From the NCBI GenBank assembly GCA_019244185.1, contig JAFATB010000005.1, positions 1-64,000 on the forward strand: a DNA stretch of 64,000 bases. The letters run 5' to 3'. The notes below the pieces were generated by a model. It searched no databases. It was given only the letters and a program-made list of their open reading frames with translations, and was not told where the DNA came from. The stretch comes from Acidobacteriota bacterium (GTDB taxonomy: Bacteria; Acidobacteriota; Thermoanaerobaculia; Gp7-AA8). Both the position numbers and the translations under genes were made by a program. Position 1 is the first letter of the stretch. Every line of letters begins with the position of its first letter. Below are positions 49,187-58,173 of the stretch, in pieces.

Positions 49187-49647
49187 CGCACTTCGAAGCG
49201 CTCCGCTCCTTCCCCGCCACGCTCCGCGCGATCTACCAAAGCGTCCCCGCCGATCGCATGCGCCAGCGCGCCGGCGACGGCAACTTTGCGCTCGTCGAGC
49301 AGTTCTGGCACCTCGGCGATCTCGAAGTGGAAGGCTTCGGCGCGCGCATCGACCGCATCCTCCGCGAAGACGAACCGTCGCTCCCCGATTTCAACGGCCT
49401 CGCCATCGCGCGCGAGCGCCGCTACATCGAGCGCGATCCCGCGCAGGGATTGCAGCGTTTCGAAGAGGCGCGCCGCGCGAATCTCGAGCGGCTCGCGTCG
49501 CTCGACGACGCGTCGTGGCTGCGCGCGGGACATCAGGAAGGCGCGGGCCGCGTCACCCTGCGCCGCGTCGTCGAGATGATGGCCGCGCACGACGCCGAGC
49601 ACGCCGAAGAGATTCGCGTGCTGCACGAGCAGCTCGTGCGCGCCTGA
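49183..49647 (+). CDS. DinB family protein
   Basis: ATG at 49183; WHLGDLE, RILREDEP and HDAEH. Confidence 0.8.
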   Translation: MTHFEALRSFPATLRAIYQSVPADRMRQRAGDGNFALVEQFWHLGDLEVEGFGARIDRILREDEPSLPDFNGLAIARERRYIERDPAQGLQRFEEARRANLERLASLDDASWLRAGHQEGAGRVTLRRVVEMMAAHDAEHAEEIRVLHEQLVRA

Positions 49648-49661
49648 ACGCCGCGACACGG

Positions 49662-50177
49662 CTAGAGCACGATCGTGTAGCCGAGCGTGCGCAGGTCGGA
49701 CATGCGGTCGATGTAGATGTGGCCGTCGGTGTGATCGATCTCGTGCTGGAAGATGCGCGCGGTGAAGTCTTCCACCTCGACGTCGATCGCCTCGCCGTCG
49801 TGATCGATGCCGCGCACGCGGATGCGGCGGTAGCGCGGCGTTTCGCCGCCGAGGAACGGGACGCTGAGGCAGCCTTCCCAATCGGTGATGCGGTCGGTGC
49901 CGGCCGGTTCGTACGTCGCGTTGAAGATCGCGCCGGCGCCGACCGACTTCACACCGCGGCGCTTCGCCACGCGCTCCTGCACTTCGAACACGAAGACGCG
50001 CAGCGGCAGATGCACCTGCGGTCCGGCGAGGCCGACGCCTTCGTAGGCGTGCATGGTCTCGACCATGTCGTCGATGAGCGTGCGGAACTTGCCCGCCTTG
50101 ATGTCCTTCAGTTCGACGTCGGATGCTTTCTCGCGCAGGACGGGATGCCCGAGGCGAGAGACTTTGAGAATGGCCAT
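49662..50177 (-). CDS. def: Peptide deformylase
   Basis: GVGLAGPQ, EGCLS and QHEIDH motifs. Confidence 0.95.
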   Translation of the reverse strand: MAILKVSRLGHPVLREKASDVELKDIKAGKFRTLIDDMVETMHAYEGVGLAGPQVHLPLRVFVFEVQERVAKRRGVKSVGAGAIFNATYEPAGTDRITDWEGCLSVPFLGGETPRYRRIRVRGIDHDGEAIDVEVEDFTARIFQHEIDHTDGHIYIDRMSDLRTLGYTIVL

Positions 50178-50186
50178 GGCGGGAGT

Positions 50187-51395
50187 TTATCCGACGCGCG
50201 CGTGCGGCTCGACGGCAAGGTCGCGCATCGACAGCGCGATTGCCAGCGCGACCGCCATCAGCGCCGCGCCGCCATAGAACGCGCCGGCCGCGCCGCCGAG
50301 GTCGTAGAGAAATCCGGCCACGATCGGTCCGAGAAAACGCGCCAGCGAACCGACCGATGTCGCGAGGCCGAGCAGGCTTCCGCGCTCGCTCTCGGGCGAG
50401 ATGCGCGAGACCAGCGACGTCAGCGACGGATAGCAGAGCCCCTGTCCGATCGCGACGAAGAACGTCGCCCCGTAGAGCAGCGGCACGCGCCAGATCGACG
50501 GCACGAGCGCGAAGCCGATCACGAACGCCGCGGCGCCGACGATCACCAGCCCCTTCTCGCCGATCCGCTTCGCGAAGCGGCCGATGAGCCCTCCCTGAAT
50601 CGTGGCCACGATCAAACCCATGAAGAGAAAGAAGCGCGCGAGATCGAGCTGGCGGAAGTGAAAGCGCTCGCGCGCGTGCAGCGTCACGCTGATCTCCATC
50701 CCGGCGACGGCGAGCAGCGTGAGAAAGAGGCTGGCCATCACCGCGGCGAGGAGACGATTCCCCGCGACCGTGCGCCAGATGCGCGTGTCGAACTGCGGCG
50801 GGCGTCCCGAACGCGGCACGAGGTCCGGCGGCTTCGACTCCGCGAGCACGAAGAACGCTAGAGTTAACGCCGTCAACGAAAGGCCGGCCGCCACGAGTCC
50901 GGGCAGCAGGTTGTCGTGCAGTCCGTGCTGGCCGCCGATGTGCGCGAGAAAGCCGCCCAGCGGCGGGCCGAAGATGAAGCCGATGCCGAAGGCGGCGCCG
51001 ATGAGACCCATGCCTTTCGCGCGATCCTCCGGCGGCGTGCTGTCCGCGATGTACGCCTGCGCGGTGCCGATGTTCGCGCCGCCGATGCCCGCGATGACGC
51101 GCGAGGCGAGCAGCATCGCGAGGCTGCGCGCGAACGCGAAGAGCAGGTAGCCGCTGCAACTCGCGGCGAGGCTGAACAGCAGAATCGGGCGGCGTCCCAC
51201 GCGATCGGAGAGGCGTCCCCACACCGGCGCGAAGAAGAACTGCATGATCGAGTAGATGCCGACGACCGCGCCCACCGTGATGCCGCTCGCTCCGTATTCG
51301 CGCGCGTAAAACGAGAGAAACGGGATCACCATCCCGAAGCCGATGAGATCGATGAAGACCGTGAGGAACAGGACCAGCAGGGAAGACTTTCTCAC
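50187..51395 (-). CDS. MFS transporter (DHA1/TetA-like)
   Basis: DLIGFGMVIP, GRLSDRVGRRP and GFIFGPPLGG. Confidence 0.92.
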   Translation of the reverse strand: MRKSSLLVLFLTVFIDLIGFGMVIPFLSFYAREYGASGITVGAVVGIYSIMQFFFAPVWGRLSDRVGRRPILLFSLAASCSGYLLFAFARSLAMLLASRVIAGIGGANIGTAQAYIADSTPPEDRAKGMGLIGAAFGIGFIFGPPLGGFLAHIGGQHGLHDNLLPGLVAAGLSLTALTLAFFVLAESKPPDLVPRSGRPPQFDTRIWRTVAGNRLLAAVMASLFLTLLAVAGMEISVTLHARERFHFRQLDLARFFLFMGLIVATIQGGLIGRFAKRIGEKGLVIVGAAAFVIGFALVPSIWRVPLLYGATFFVAIGQGLCYPSLTSLVSRISPESERGSLLGLATSVGSLARFLGPIVAGFLYDLGGAAGAFYGGAALMAVALAIALSMRDLAVEPHARVG

Positions 51396-51422
51396 GCCGC
51401 GCGAAGTCTATACTGCGCCGCC

Positions 51423-52106
51423 ATGCGTCTGGTTCTCTTCGACATCGACGGGACGCTCCTCTCCGACGGCGGCGCCGCGCGCGAGGCGTTCGCCGACGCG
51501 CTGGCCGCGGTTTACGGCTACGACGGCGAGCTCGCGCGCTACGACTTCTCCGGACGCACCGACCCGCAGATCGCGCACATGGTGTTGCGCGACGTCGGCC
51601 TTTCCGCCGCCGCCATCGACTCCCGCATGCCTCGCCTCTGGGAGCACTACCTCGGCGGCCTCGCGCGCAACGCGACGCCCGCACGCGTGCGCGTACTGCC
51701 CGGCATGCGCCCGCTCGTCGACGCGCTCGCCGCGCACGACGGCGTGGTGCTCGCGCTGCTGACGGGAAACATCGAGCCGGGCGCGCGCCTCAAGCTCGGC
51801 GGCGGCGCGCTGAACGAATACTTTCCGTTCGGCGCGTTCGGCAGCGACTCCGCGGATCGCAACGAACTGCCGCCGGTCGCGGTGCGCCGCGCGTCCGAAG
51901 CGACCGGACATCGCTTCAGCGGCGAAGAGGTCGTGATCATCGGCGACTCGATCTACGACGTGCGCTGCGGCGTGCCGTACGGCGCGACCACGATCGCGGT
52001 CGCGTCGGGAAAGACGGCGATCGAAACGCTGCGCGCCGAGCATCCGCGGCACTTGTTCGAAAGTGCCGAAGACCTCGGCGCGCTGATGAACGCGATTCTC
52101 GGTTAA
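51423..52106 (+). CDS. HAD-family hydrolase (phosphoglycolate phosphatase-like)
   Basis: ATG at 51423; LFDIDGTL, LLTGN, GAFGSD and IIGDSIYD. Confidence 0.9.
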   Translation: MRLVLFDIDGTLLSDGGAAREAFADALAAVYGYDGELARYDFSGRTDPQIAHMVLRDVGLSAAAIDSRMPRLWEHYLGGLARNATPARVRVLPGMRPLVDALAAHDGVVLALLTGNIEPGARLKLGGGALNEYFPFGAFGSDSADRNELPPVAVRRASEATGHRFSGEEVVIIGDSIYDVRCGVPYGATTIAVASGKTAIETLRAEHPRHLFESAEDLGALMNAILG

Positions 52107-52948
52107 CGGCGGAAACGTTCGGGGATCGACACGCGTCCCGCGACGCGCTCGTAGTCGATGCCGCCGCTCGACTTCTCGCCGACGGTGAAGTTGCCGCCGA
52201 TGTCCGTGACCTCGATCGAGCCCGACGAGTCGGAGTCGATGAGCACGTCGTGGCGGACGTTCTGCACCGTGATCGAGCCGGAGTCGTCGTTCGGGATGTG
52301 CAGCGAGTCGACGCTGGCGACGGTGATCGAGCCGGAGTCGTCCTCGATCTCGACCGCGCCGGCGACGTTCTTCACCTCGATCTCGCCCGAGTCGTCTTCG
52401 ATCTTCACGGCGCCCTGCACGCTGTCGACGTCGATGCCGCCCGACTCGTCGTGGATCGTGAGGTTGCCGTGCACGTTGCGCACTTCGATCGAGCCCGAGC
52501 CGTCGTCGATCGACGTGGGGCCGACGTTCGCGACTTTCATCCAGCCGCTGCCGTCATCGATCGAGACCGGTACGCCGTCCGGCACCGCGACGCTGAAGTC
52601 GAGCCGTGCCTGGAAGAAGCCGAAAAGCACCGTCTTCTGCGGGATGCTCGCCTCGACGTGCAGTTCCGAGCCCGACTTGCGCATCGTCAGCGTCATGCGC
52701 GGGAGGAAGTCTTCGTCGGACGTGCACGCGGTGCCGTTCGCGACCACCTGCGGCGCGCCGGGCGTGCCGGTGACCGTGAGCGAGCCCGCGTCGGCGTGGA
52801 TGACGATGCGCGTGATGCCGCTCGACGGCGTGGTCAGATGCCGCGCCGCGCTGTAGCGGCAGTCGGACTCGTTGTCCGTCCAGTCTTCGGCGAAGAGCGG
52901 CGCGGCGAGCACGAGACACATCAGAGCTCCGATCGGAACGAGTCTCAT
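52103..52948 (-). CDS. Exported beta-solenoid repeat protein (DUF4097-like)
   Basis: Signal peptide; repeated IxDxSGxIxVxxV units. Confidence 0.78.
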   Translation of the reverse strand: MRLVPIGALMCLVLAAPLFAEDWTDNESDCRYSAARHLTTPSSGITRIVIHADAGSLTVTGTPGAPQVVANGTACTSDEDFLPRMTLTMRKSGSELHVEASIPQKTVLFGFFQARLDFSVAVPDGVPVSIDDGSGWMKVANVGPTSIDDGSGSIEVRNVHGNLTIHDESGGIDVDSVQGAVKIEDDSGEIEVKNVAGAVEIEDDSGSITVASVDSLHIPNDDSGSITVQNVRHDVLIDSDSSGSIEVTDIGGNFTVGEKSSGGIDYERVAGRVSIPERFRR

Positions 52949-52996
52949 CGGAATCCCTCCTGCGGCTCTCTACGGCGCGCGCCGGGCAAAGTTGCG

Positions 52997-53425
52997 TCAC
53001 GGCCGCAGATTCGAAGCGTGGAGATGCACGATCCACCACCGCCCGCCGCGCCACGCGAGCACGAGCGTCCGCCGCGAGCTGACCTCGGCCGTTCCGACGT
53101 CGAACGTTGCGACCGCCGTCGTGCCGCTGCGCTGAACGCTGAGATCGTGATGCGCGAGATGCATCGCGCCCGAGCGCGCGCGTTCCGCGTCGAACAGCGG
53201 CCGCAGCGCGGCGACGATGGCGGCGCGCCCGGTGAGCTTCGCGCGGTACTGCGGCATCGGCAGAAACGCGGTCGCGTCGTCCGCGAACAGCGCGCCGACG
53301 GCATCCGCATCGAGCCGATTGAACGCGTCGAGAAACGCATCGACGGCCTGCTCCGGCGGCGCGATGCGCGCGGACGCGCAGCCGCACACGACGAGCAGCA
53401 ACGCGAGCGATCCTAGGCGGCGCAT
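52997..53425 (-). CDS. NTF2/SnoaL-like protein, probable lipoprotein
   Basis: MRRLGSLALLLVVCGC; FLDAFNRLD, RRTLV and WWIVHLHAS. Confidence 0.78.
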   Translation of the reverse strand: MRRLGSLALLLVVCGCASARIAPPEQAVDAFLDAFNRLDADAVGALFADDATAFLPMPQYRAKLTGRAAIVAALRPLFDAERARSGAMHLAHHDLSVQRSGTTAVATFDVGTAEVSSRRTLVLAWRGGRWWIVHLHASNLRP

Positions 53426-53463
53426 GCGGACGCCACGATACGCGCGTGACATACTCCCGCGCC

Positions 53464-54018
53464 ATGGACCGGCAGTTGCGCGCGCGCATCGAGGCGTTCG
53501 TCCGCCCGCTGTATCAAGACCTCGACGGCGTCTCGCGCTTCGATGACGTCGAGCGCATCGCCGCGATCGCGCGTCGCCTGTACGTCCCGCGCGACCCCGC
53601 GGACATTCGCGAGTTCGAGCTCCTGCTGCTCTTCCATCGACTCGGCAAATGGCTCGATCGCGTCGGCAACCTCTCGCGCACGCTGCTCGTGATTCGCGAT
53701 CTGTCGGAAGAGGAACTGCGCCGCACCGCCGCCTCCGCGCGCCGTCTCGAGGAGCCGGTCACGCATGCCGAACGCGCCGTCGCCGCCGCGGAGCTTATCG
53801 ACAACGCCGGCGTCCGCGGCCTCACGGAACGCTTCGCCCACGCCCGCCGCGAAGGCAGCTCGATGATGGACGTTCTTCGAGCCGCCATGAGCGACGTCGC
53901 CGTCCCCGACTGGCTCCCGCCCCACGCCGAGGAATGGCTGCACGCGCGGCGAGAAGCGCGGCGGGAGGTTTGTAAGAAGTTGTTGGAGGAGCTGGCGCTG
54001 GAGGATTTCGGGGGGTGA
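53464..54018 (+). CDS. Hypothetical helical protein, degenerate HD-like
   Basis: Clean ORF from ATG at 53464; VERIA..LLFHRLG resembles the HD fold without the HD pair. Confidence 0.55.
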   Translation: MDRQLRARIEAFVRPLYQDLDGVSRFDDVERIAAIARRLYVPRDPADIREFELLLLFHRLGKWLDRVGNLSRTLLVIRDLSEEELRRTAASARRLEEPVTHAERAVAAAELIDNAGVRGLTERFAHARREGSSMMDVLRAAMSDVAVPDWLPPHAEEWLHARREARREVCKKLLEELALEDFGG

Positions 54019-54037
54019 GGATTACGGAGCGCGACCT

Positions 54038-55972
54038 CTACGTCCGCAACACCCCGGCCCGCTCGAACACGCGCGCTTCGATGAACGTGTCGACGAGCTG
54101 CGAGTCGAGCAGGCCGTCGTTCACTTCCATCTTCAGGATGTCCAGCGCGCGCTCGGTGGGGACGGCGCGTTTGTAGGGGCGGTCGCTGGCGGTCAGGGCG
54201 TCGTAGATGTCCGAGACCGTCATCATGCGCGACTGCAGCGGGATGTCGCTCGCCACGAGCTTGCGCGGGTAGCCGCGGCCGTTGAGCTTCTCGTGGTGCG
54301 CGTACGCGATGTCCGCCACCGCGGAGAGGTCGCGCGTCCACGGGATTTTCTGGAGAAAGTTGAACGTGTGCGTGACGTGGCTCTCGATTTCCTGCCGCTC
54401 CGCCGCATCGAGATTGCCCTTGCGGATCGACAGGATGCGCGCCTCCTCGGGATCGAGCAGCAGGCGCTTGTCGCCGCGGATGTCGGCGAAGGCCTGCGTG
54501 GCGAGCTGCTGCAGATAGTGGAAGTCGCCTTCCGGCAGCACGCTCGGCTCGTTCGACTGGGCGATGAACGAGAAGTCCTTCTGCAGCCGCAGAATCTCGG
54601 CCGCCGTTTCCGCGTCGAGGTGAGCACAGAAGTCGTCGAAACCGTCGCGGCCGTGCGCGAGCAGGTAATCAAGCTTCTTGCGATACGCGTCGTTCTCGGC
54701 CGACTTCATCACGAACTCGAAGCGTGAGCGAATGGCCTCGAGCTGCAGCGGATAGAGCTTCTTCTCTTTGACCAGGATCTGCTCGCGGACGCCGACCTTG
54801 CCGAAGTCGTGCAGCAGCGACGCGTAGCGGATCTCGCGCACCTGCTCGCTCGAGAAGCGCACCTCGCGGAACGGGCCGCTCTCGACCCGATCAATGACGC
54901 GCGCGAGCTCGACGGTGAGGTCCGCAACGCGGAACGAGTGACCCGACGTCGTCGGATCTCGTTGTTCGATCGCGGTGACGGCGGCGGTGACGAAGCCTTC
55001 GAACAGCCGCTCGATCGATTCGTAGAGCAGGTTGTTCTCGACGGCGACCGCGGCCTGGCTCGCCAGCGCGCGCATGATGTCCGCCGTCGCCTCGTCGAAT
55101 GGAATCACGTGCTCGGGCACGGACGCCGCGGTGAGCCGCGCCGTCGCGCCGCTGCGGCGCCGGTTGATCAGCTGCAGCACGCCGATCACCTCGCCCGCGT
55201 GGTTCGTCATCGGGAAGACGAGGAGCGAGCGCGTGAGGTAGCCGTTCTTCTCGTCGAAGGTGCGGTTGATCTCGTACTCGGCGCCGGCGGGCAGGTTGTA
55301 CGCGTCGTCGATGACGAGCAGATCGCCCGTCATGGCGACGTAGCCGGCGAGGCTCTTGCGCGTCACCGGCAGGATTTTTTCTTCGAAGGCCTCGACGTCG
55401 ATCGAGTCGTTCTGCGCGAGCTTCCAGCGCAGCACCGGCTGGCCGCCGACTTCATCGAGGAGGTACAGCGAGCCCGCGTCCGCGCGCGAGAGCTCGCGCG
55501 CCTTGCTGAGGATCATCGTCAGCAGCACGGAGTGATCGCGCACGGTCGACAGCGCGGCGCCGACTTCCGCGACTTCCTGCAGCTCACGCGTGCGCTCGCC
55601 GAGCTGCTTCTCCAGCTGATCGGCGCGCTGCTTCTGATAGAGGAACTGGAACGCGCGCTTGATCGCGCTCATCAGCACGGCCGTCGACGGCGCTTCCGGC
55701 AGATGGAGATACAGGCTGTCGTCGGCGAGCCACTTCGGCTGCTCCTCGAGACCCACGCCGACGACGGCCGTGCGCGGATCGAGCTGCAGGATGTGCTTGC
55801 GTCCGTTGGTGATGGCCGCATCGACGAGCACCACGCGCAGCGCGCTGCCGTCCAGGCTCAGCAGCTGATCGAGGTTGTCCAGACGCCGCGATGAGATCGC
55901 CTCCAGCGTCAGCGCATCGGCGTACTGGCCGATGGGAAACGCCTGCGAATGGAGGAGCGTGAGCGTCTGCAT
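54038..55972 (-). CDS. GAF + HD-GYP c-di-GMP phosphodiesterase
   Basis: GAF (ADAGSLYL, SLAGYVA, IGVLQLIN); RDPTTSGHSFRV, LLHDFGK and HHEKLNGRGYP. Confidence 0.92.
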   Translation of the reverse strand: MQTLTLLHSQAFPIGQYADALTLEAISSRRLDNLDQLLSLDGSALRVVLVDAAITNGRKHILQLDPRTAVVGVGLEEQPKWLADDSLYLHLPEAPSTAVLMSAIKRAFQFLYQKQRADQLEKQLGERTRELQEVAEVGAALSTVRDHSVLLTMILSKARELSRADAGSLYLLDEVGGQPVLRWKLAQNDSIDVEAFEEKILPVTRKSLAGYVAMTGDLLVIDDAYNLPAGAEYEINRTFDEKNGYLTRSLLVFPMTNHAGEVIGVLQLINRRRSGATARLTAASVPEHVIPFDEATADIMRALASQAAVAVENNLLYESIERLFEGFVTAAVTAIEQRDPTTSGHSFRVADLTVELARVIDRVESGPFREVRFSSEQVREIRYASLLHDFGKVGVREQILVKEKKLYPLQLEAIRSRFEFVMKSAENDAYRKKLDYLLAHGRDGFDDFCAHLDAETAAEILRLQKDFSFIAQSNEPSVLPEGDFHYLQQLATQAFADIRGDKRLLLDPEEARILSIRKGNLDAAERQEIESHVTHTFNFLQKIPWTRDLSAVADIAYAHHEKLNGRGYPRKLVASDIPLQSRMMTVSDIYDALTASDRPYKRAVPTERALDILKMEVNDGLLDSQLVDTFIEARVFERAGVLRT

Positions 55973-56076
55973 TGGTGAACGCGGCCTGCAACCGCCGTGC
56001 GAGGGGCGTTCTTCCACCCCCTCACGTCGCCGCATTATCGCACTGGAGCGGCGCGACATCGCCGCGGCGGGCTCCG

Positions 56077-56832
56077 CTATTGCCGTTCGCGGCAGCGCGA
56101 GATGAGCGTTCCGAGTCCTTGCCGGTTGCCGAACGAGTCGCGCGCCTTGAGCAGCTCCGGCAACATGTCGGGCGAGGTGATCTCGTCGATGGCCTCGTCG
56201 ATCTCACCGTCCGCGCTCTCGACGGCCGTCGCGATGTACGGGATCGCGCGCGCGTCGCGGCGTCGCGCGAGCCCCAGGGCCGCTTCGTTGGCGACGCAGC
56301 GATCGGCGTCGTGCAGGCGTTCGGCGAGCGCGGCGCGGATGCGCGGCGTGTCGTGATCGGACAAACTCCCCACCGCGAACGTCGCGCGGTCGCGCACGGA
56401 CGTGTCGCCGTCGCGCATGAGCATCAGCAGCACGCGCTCCGCGCGCTCGTCGGCGATCAGATCCTCGAGCGCCGTCGCCACGGCCCAGCGCACGTTCGAC
56501 GCATCGTGCGCCGCAACGCGGGCAAGCGCTTCAATTGTTCGCGCGTCCTGTCGCTGTCCGAGCGCGTGCACGACCGCTTCGACGACGAGCGGCTCGGCGT
56601 CGCCGAGCATGCTCGCGAGCAGTTGCAGCGCATCGTCGGACCACGTGTTGAGCTGCCCGACGATGTCCGCGCCGGCGATGCGTTCCGCGACGTCATCGCT
56701 GCGGCAGAGACGCGTCGCGCGGTCGAACACTTCGCGCGTGCCGAGGGCGTGCAATTCGCGGATCGCGCCCCAGCGCGCCTCGTCGTCTTGTTCCCGCACG
56801 ACGACACAGAAGAGTTCATCGACGGAACGCAC
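56077..56832 (-). CDS. HEAT-repeat protein
   Basis: Repeated D..VRxxAxxAL units. Confidence 0.78.
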   Translation of the reverse strand: MRSVDELFCVVVREQDDEARWGAIRELHALGTREVFDRATRLCRSDDVAERIAGADIVGQLNTWSDDALQLLASMLGDAEPLVVEAVVHALGQRQDARTIEALARVAAHDASNVRWAVATALEDLIADERAERVLLMLMRDGDTSVRDRATFAVGSLSDHDTPRIRAALAERLHDADRCVANEAALGLARRRDARAIPYIATAVESADGEIDEAIDEITSPDMLPELLKARDSFGNRQGLGTLISRCRERQ

Positions 56833-56856
56833 GACGCGATGCTACCTTAACGCGCC

Positions 56857-57282
56857 GTGATGCGTTCAAGCCCCCTTCTCCTCGTCGCGGTTCTGCTCGC
56901 CGGCTGCGGCGAGCTCGCCACTCCGACCTCGCCCGACGCCCAGGAACCGCCGCCGAATCCGGCCGCCACGTTCACGCGCGTGCAGAACGAAATCTTCACG
57001 CCCACGTGCGCGTCGATCGGCTGTCACGATCGCATCGGCCAGCAGGAAGGAATGATCCTCACCGCCGACCGCTCGTACGATCTCATCGTCGGCCACGCGA
57101 GCACCGAGATCCCGTCGCTGCTGCGCGTCGCGCCCGGCGACCCCGCGAACTCGTATCTCTATCGCAAGATCACCGGCTCCGGCATCACCGGCGACCGCAT
57201 GCCGCAATCGCTGCCGCCGCTGAGCGACGCGCAGATTCAACTCGTCCGCGACTGGATCCGGAGAGGAGCTCCGCGTGATTAA
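56857..57282 (+). CDS. Lipoprotein c-type cytochrome with CX4CH motif
   Basis: Lipobox LLAGC; CASIGCH; PGDPANSYLY, RMP and VRDWIRRGA. Confidence 0.75.
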   Translation: MMRSSPLLLVAVLLAGCGELATPTSPDAQEPPPNPAATFTRVQNEIFTPTCASIGCHDRIGQQEGMILTADRSYDLIVGHASTEIPSLLRVAPGDPANSYLYRKITGSGITGDRMPQSLPPLSDAQIQLVRDWIRRGAPRD

Positions 57283-58132
57283 ACGCCTTCTGCCGATGCT
57301 CTTCGCCGCGCTGCCGCTCTTCGCGCAGAGCGACGTCGTCGACCAGCCGTTCCGCACGCTCTCCCTCGGCGACACGCTGCTCTCGCTGCCCAGCTCGCAC
57401 ATCTCCGGGCAAGGCATGTGGGAAGTGCGCTTCACGCATCGCTTCAACCAGTCGCTGAGCGACGGCAGCTTCAGCGATCAGGTGCACTCGCTCTTCGGTC
57501 TCGACACGAACGCCGACGTCGTCATCGGACTCTCCGCGGCGATGAGCCGCAAGCTGCAGTTCTCGTTCGCGCGCAGCAACACGAACGACACGCTCGAAGG
57601 CGGCGCGAAGTATCTCGTGCTGCAGCAGACCGAGACCGCGCCGCTCTCGCTCGCGCTGCGCGGCGGCGTCGACTGGCGCACCGAGCGCGACCTCGGAGAC
57701 CGCACGTCGTTCTTCGCGCAGGCCATCGTCTCGCACCAATTCGGACGCAAGGCGGAAGTCTTCATCATTCCGACCATCGTCACCAAAGCGGGGCGCGCGG
57801 TGAGCGGCACCGCAACGCAATCGGGCGCGCTGTTCGATCACGCGTTCAACATTCCGGTCGCGGTCGCGTGGATGCTCGCGCCGGGAACGAGCGTCGTGGC
57901 CGAGCTCACGCCGCCGAACCGCGATCTGCCCGACGACATGCACGCCGATCTCGGCTGGGCTCTCGGCCTCAAGCGGCAGATCGGCGCGCACTGGTTCGAG
58001 ATCCTCGTGACGAACAACCAGTCGTCGCTCACCGACCAGTTCGCCACGACAACGTTCCAGGGAACGCCTCTCGACGCCAGCGAAGTGCACCTCGGCTTCA
58101 ACATCGAGCGGCGGTTCGGGCGGCGGCGCTGA
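57275..58132 (+). CDS. Outer-membrane beta-barrel protein (DUF5777-like)
   Basis: Signal peptide; THRF, LFGLD, HWFEILVTN and C-terminal HLGFNIERRF. Confidence 0.75.
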   Translation: MIKRLLPMLFAALPLFAQSDVVDQPFRTLSLGDTLLSLPSSHISGQGMWEVRFTHRFNQSLSDGSFSDQVHSLFGLDTNADVVIGLSAAMSRKLQFSFARSNTNDTLEGGAKYLVLQQTETAPLSLALRGGVDWRTERDLGDRTSFFAQAIVSHQFGRKAEVFIIPTIVTKAGRAVSGTATQSGALFDHAFNIPVAVAWMLAPGTSVVAELTPPNRDLPDDMHADLGWALGLKRQIGAHWFEILVTNNQSSLTDQFATTTFQGTPLDASEVHLGFNIERRFGRRR

Positions 58133-58173
58133 GGCAAATTCGTATGGCAGCCCGGTTGCAGTAAACGCCACCC

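Noticed and set aside
50187-51395. Tetracycline resistance gene tetA
   Set aside because: Only generic DHA1-family motifs, with no tetR or mobile context; the substrate cannot be inferred.
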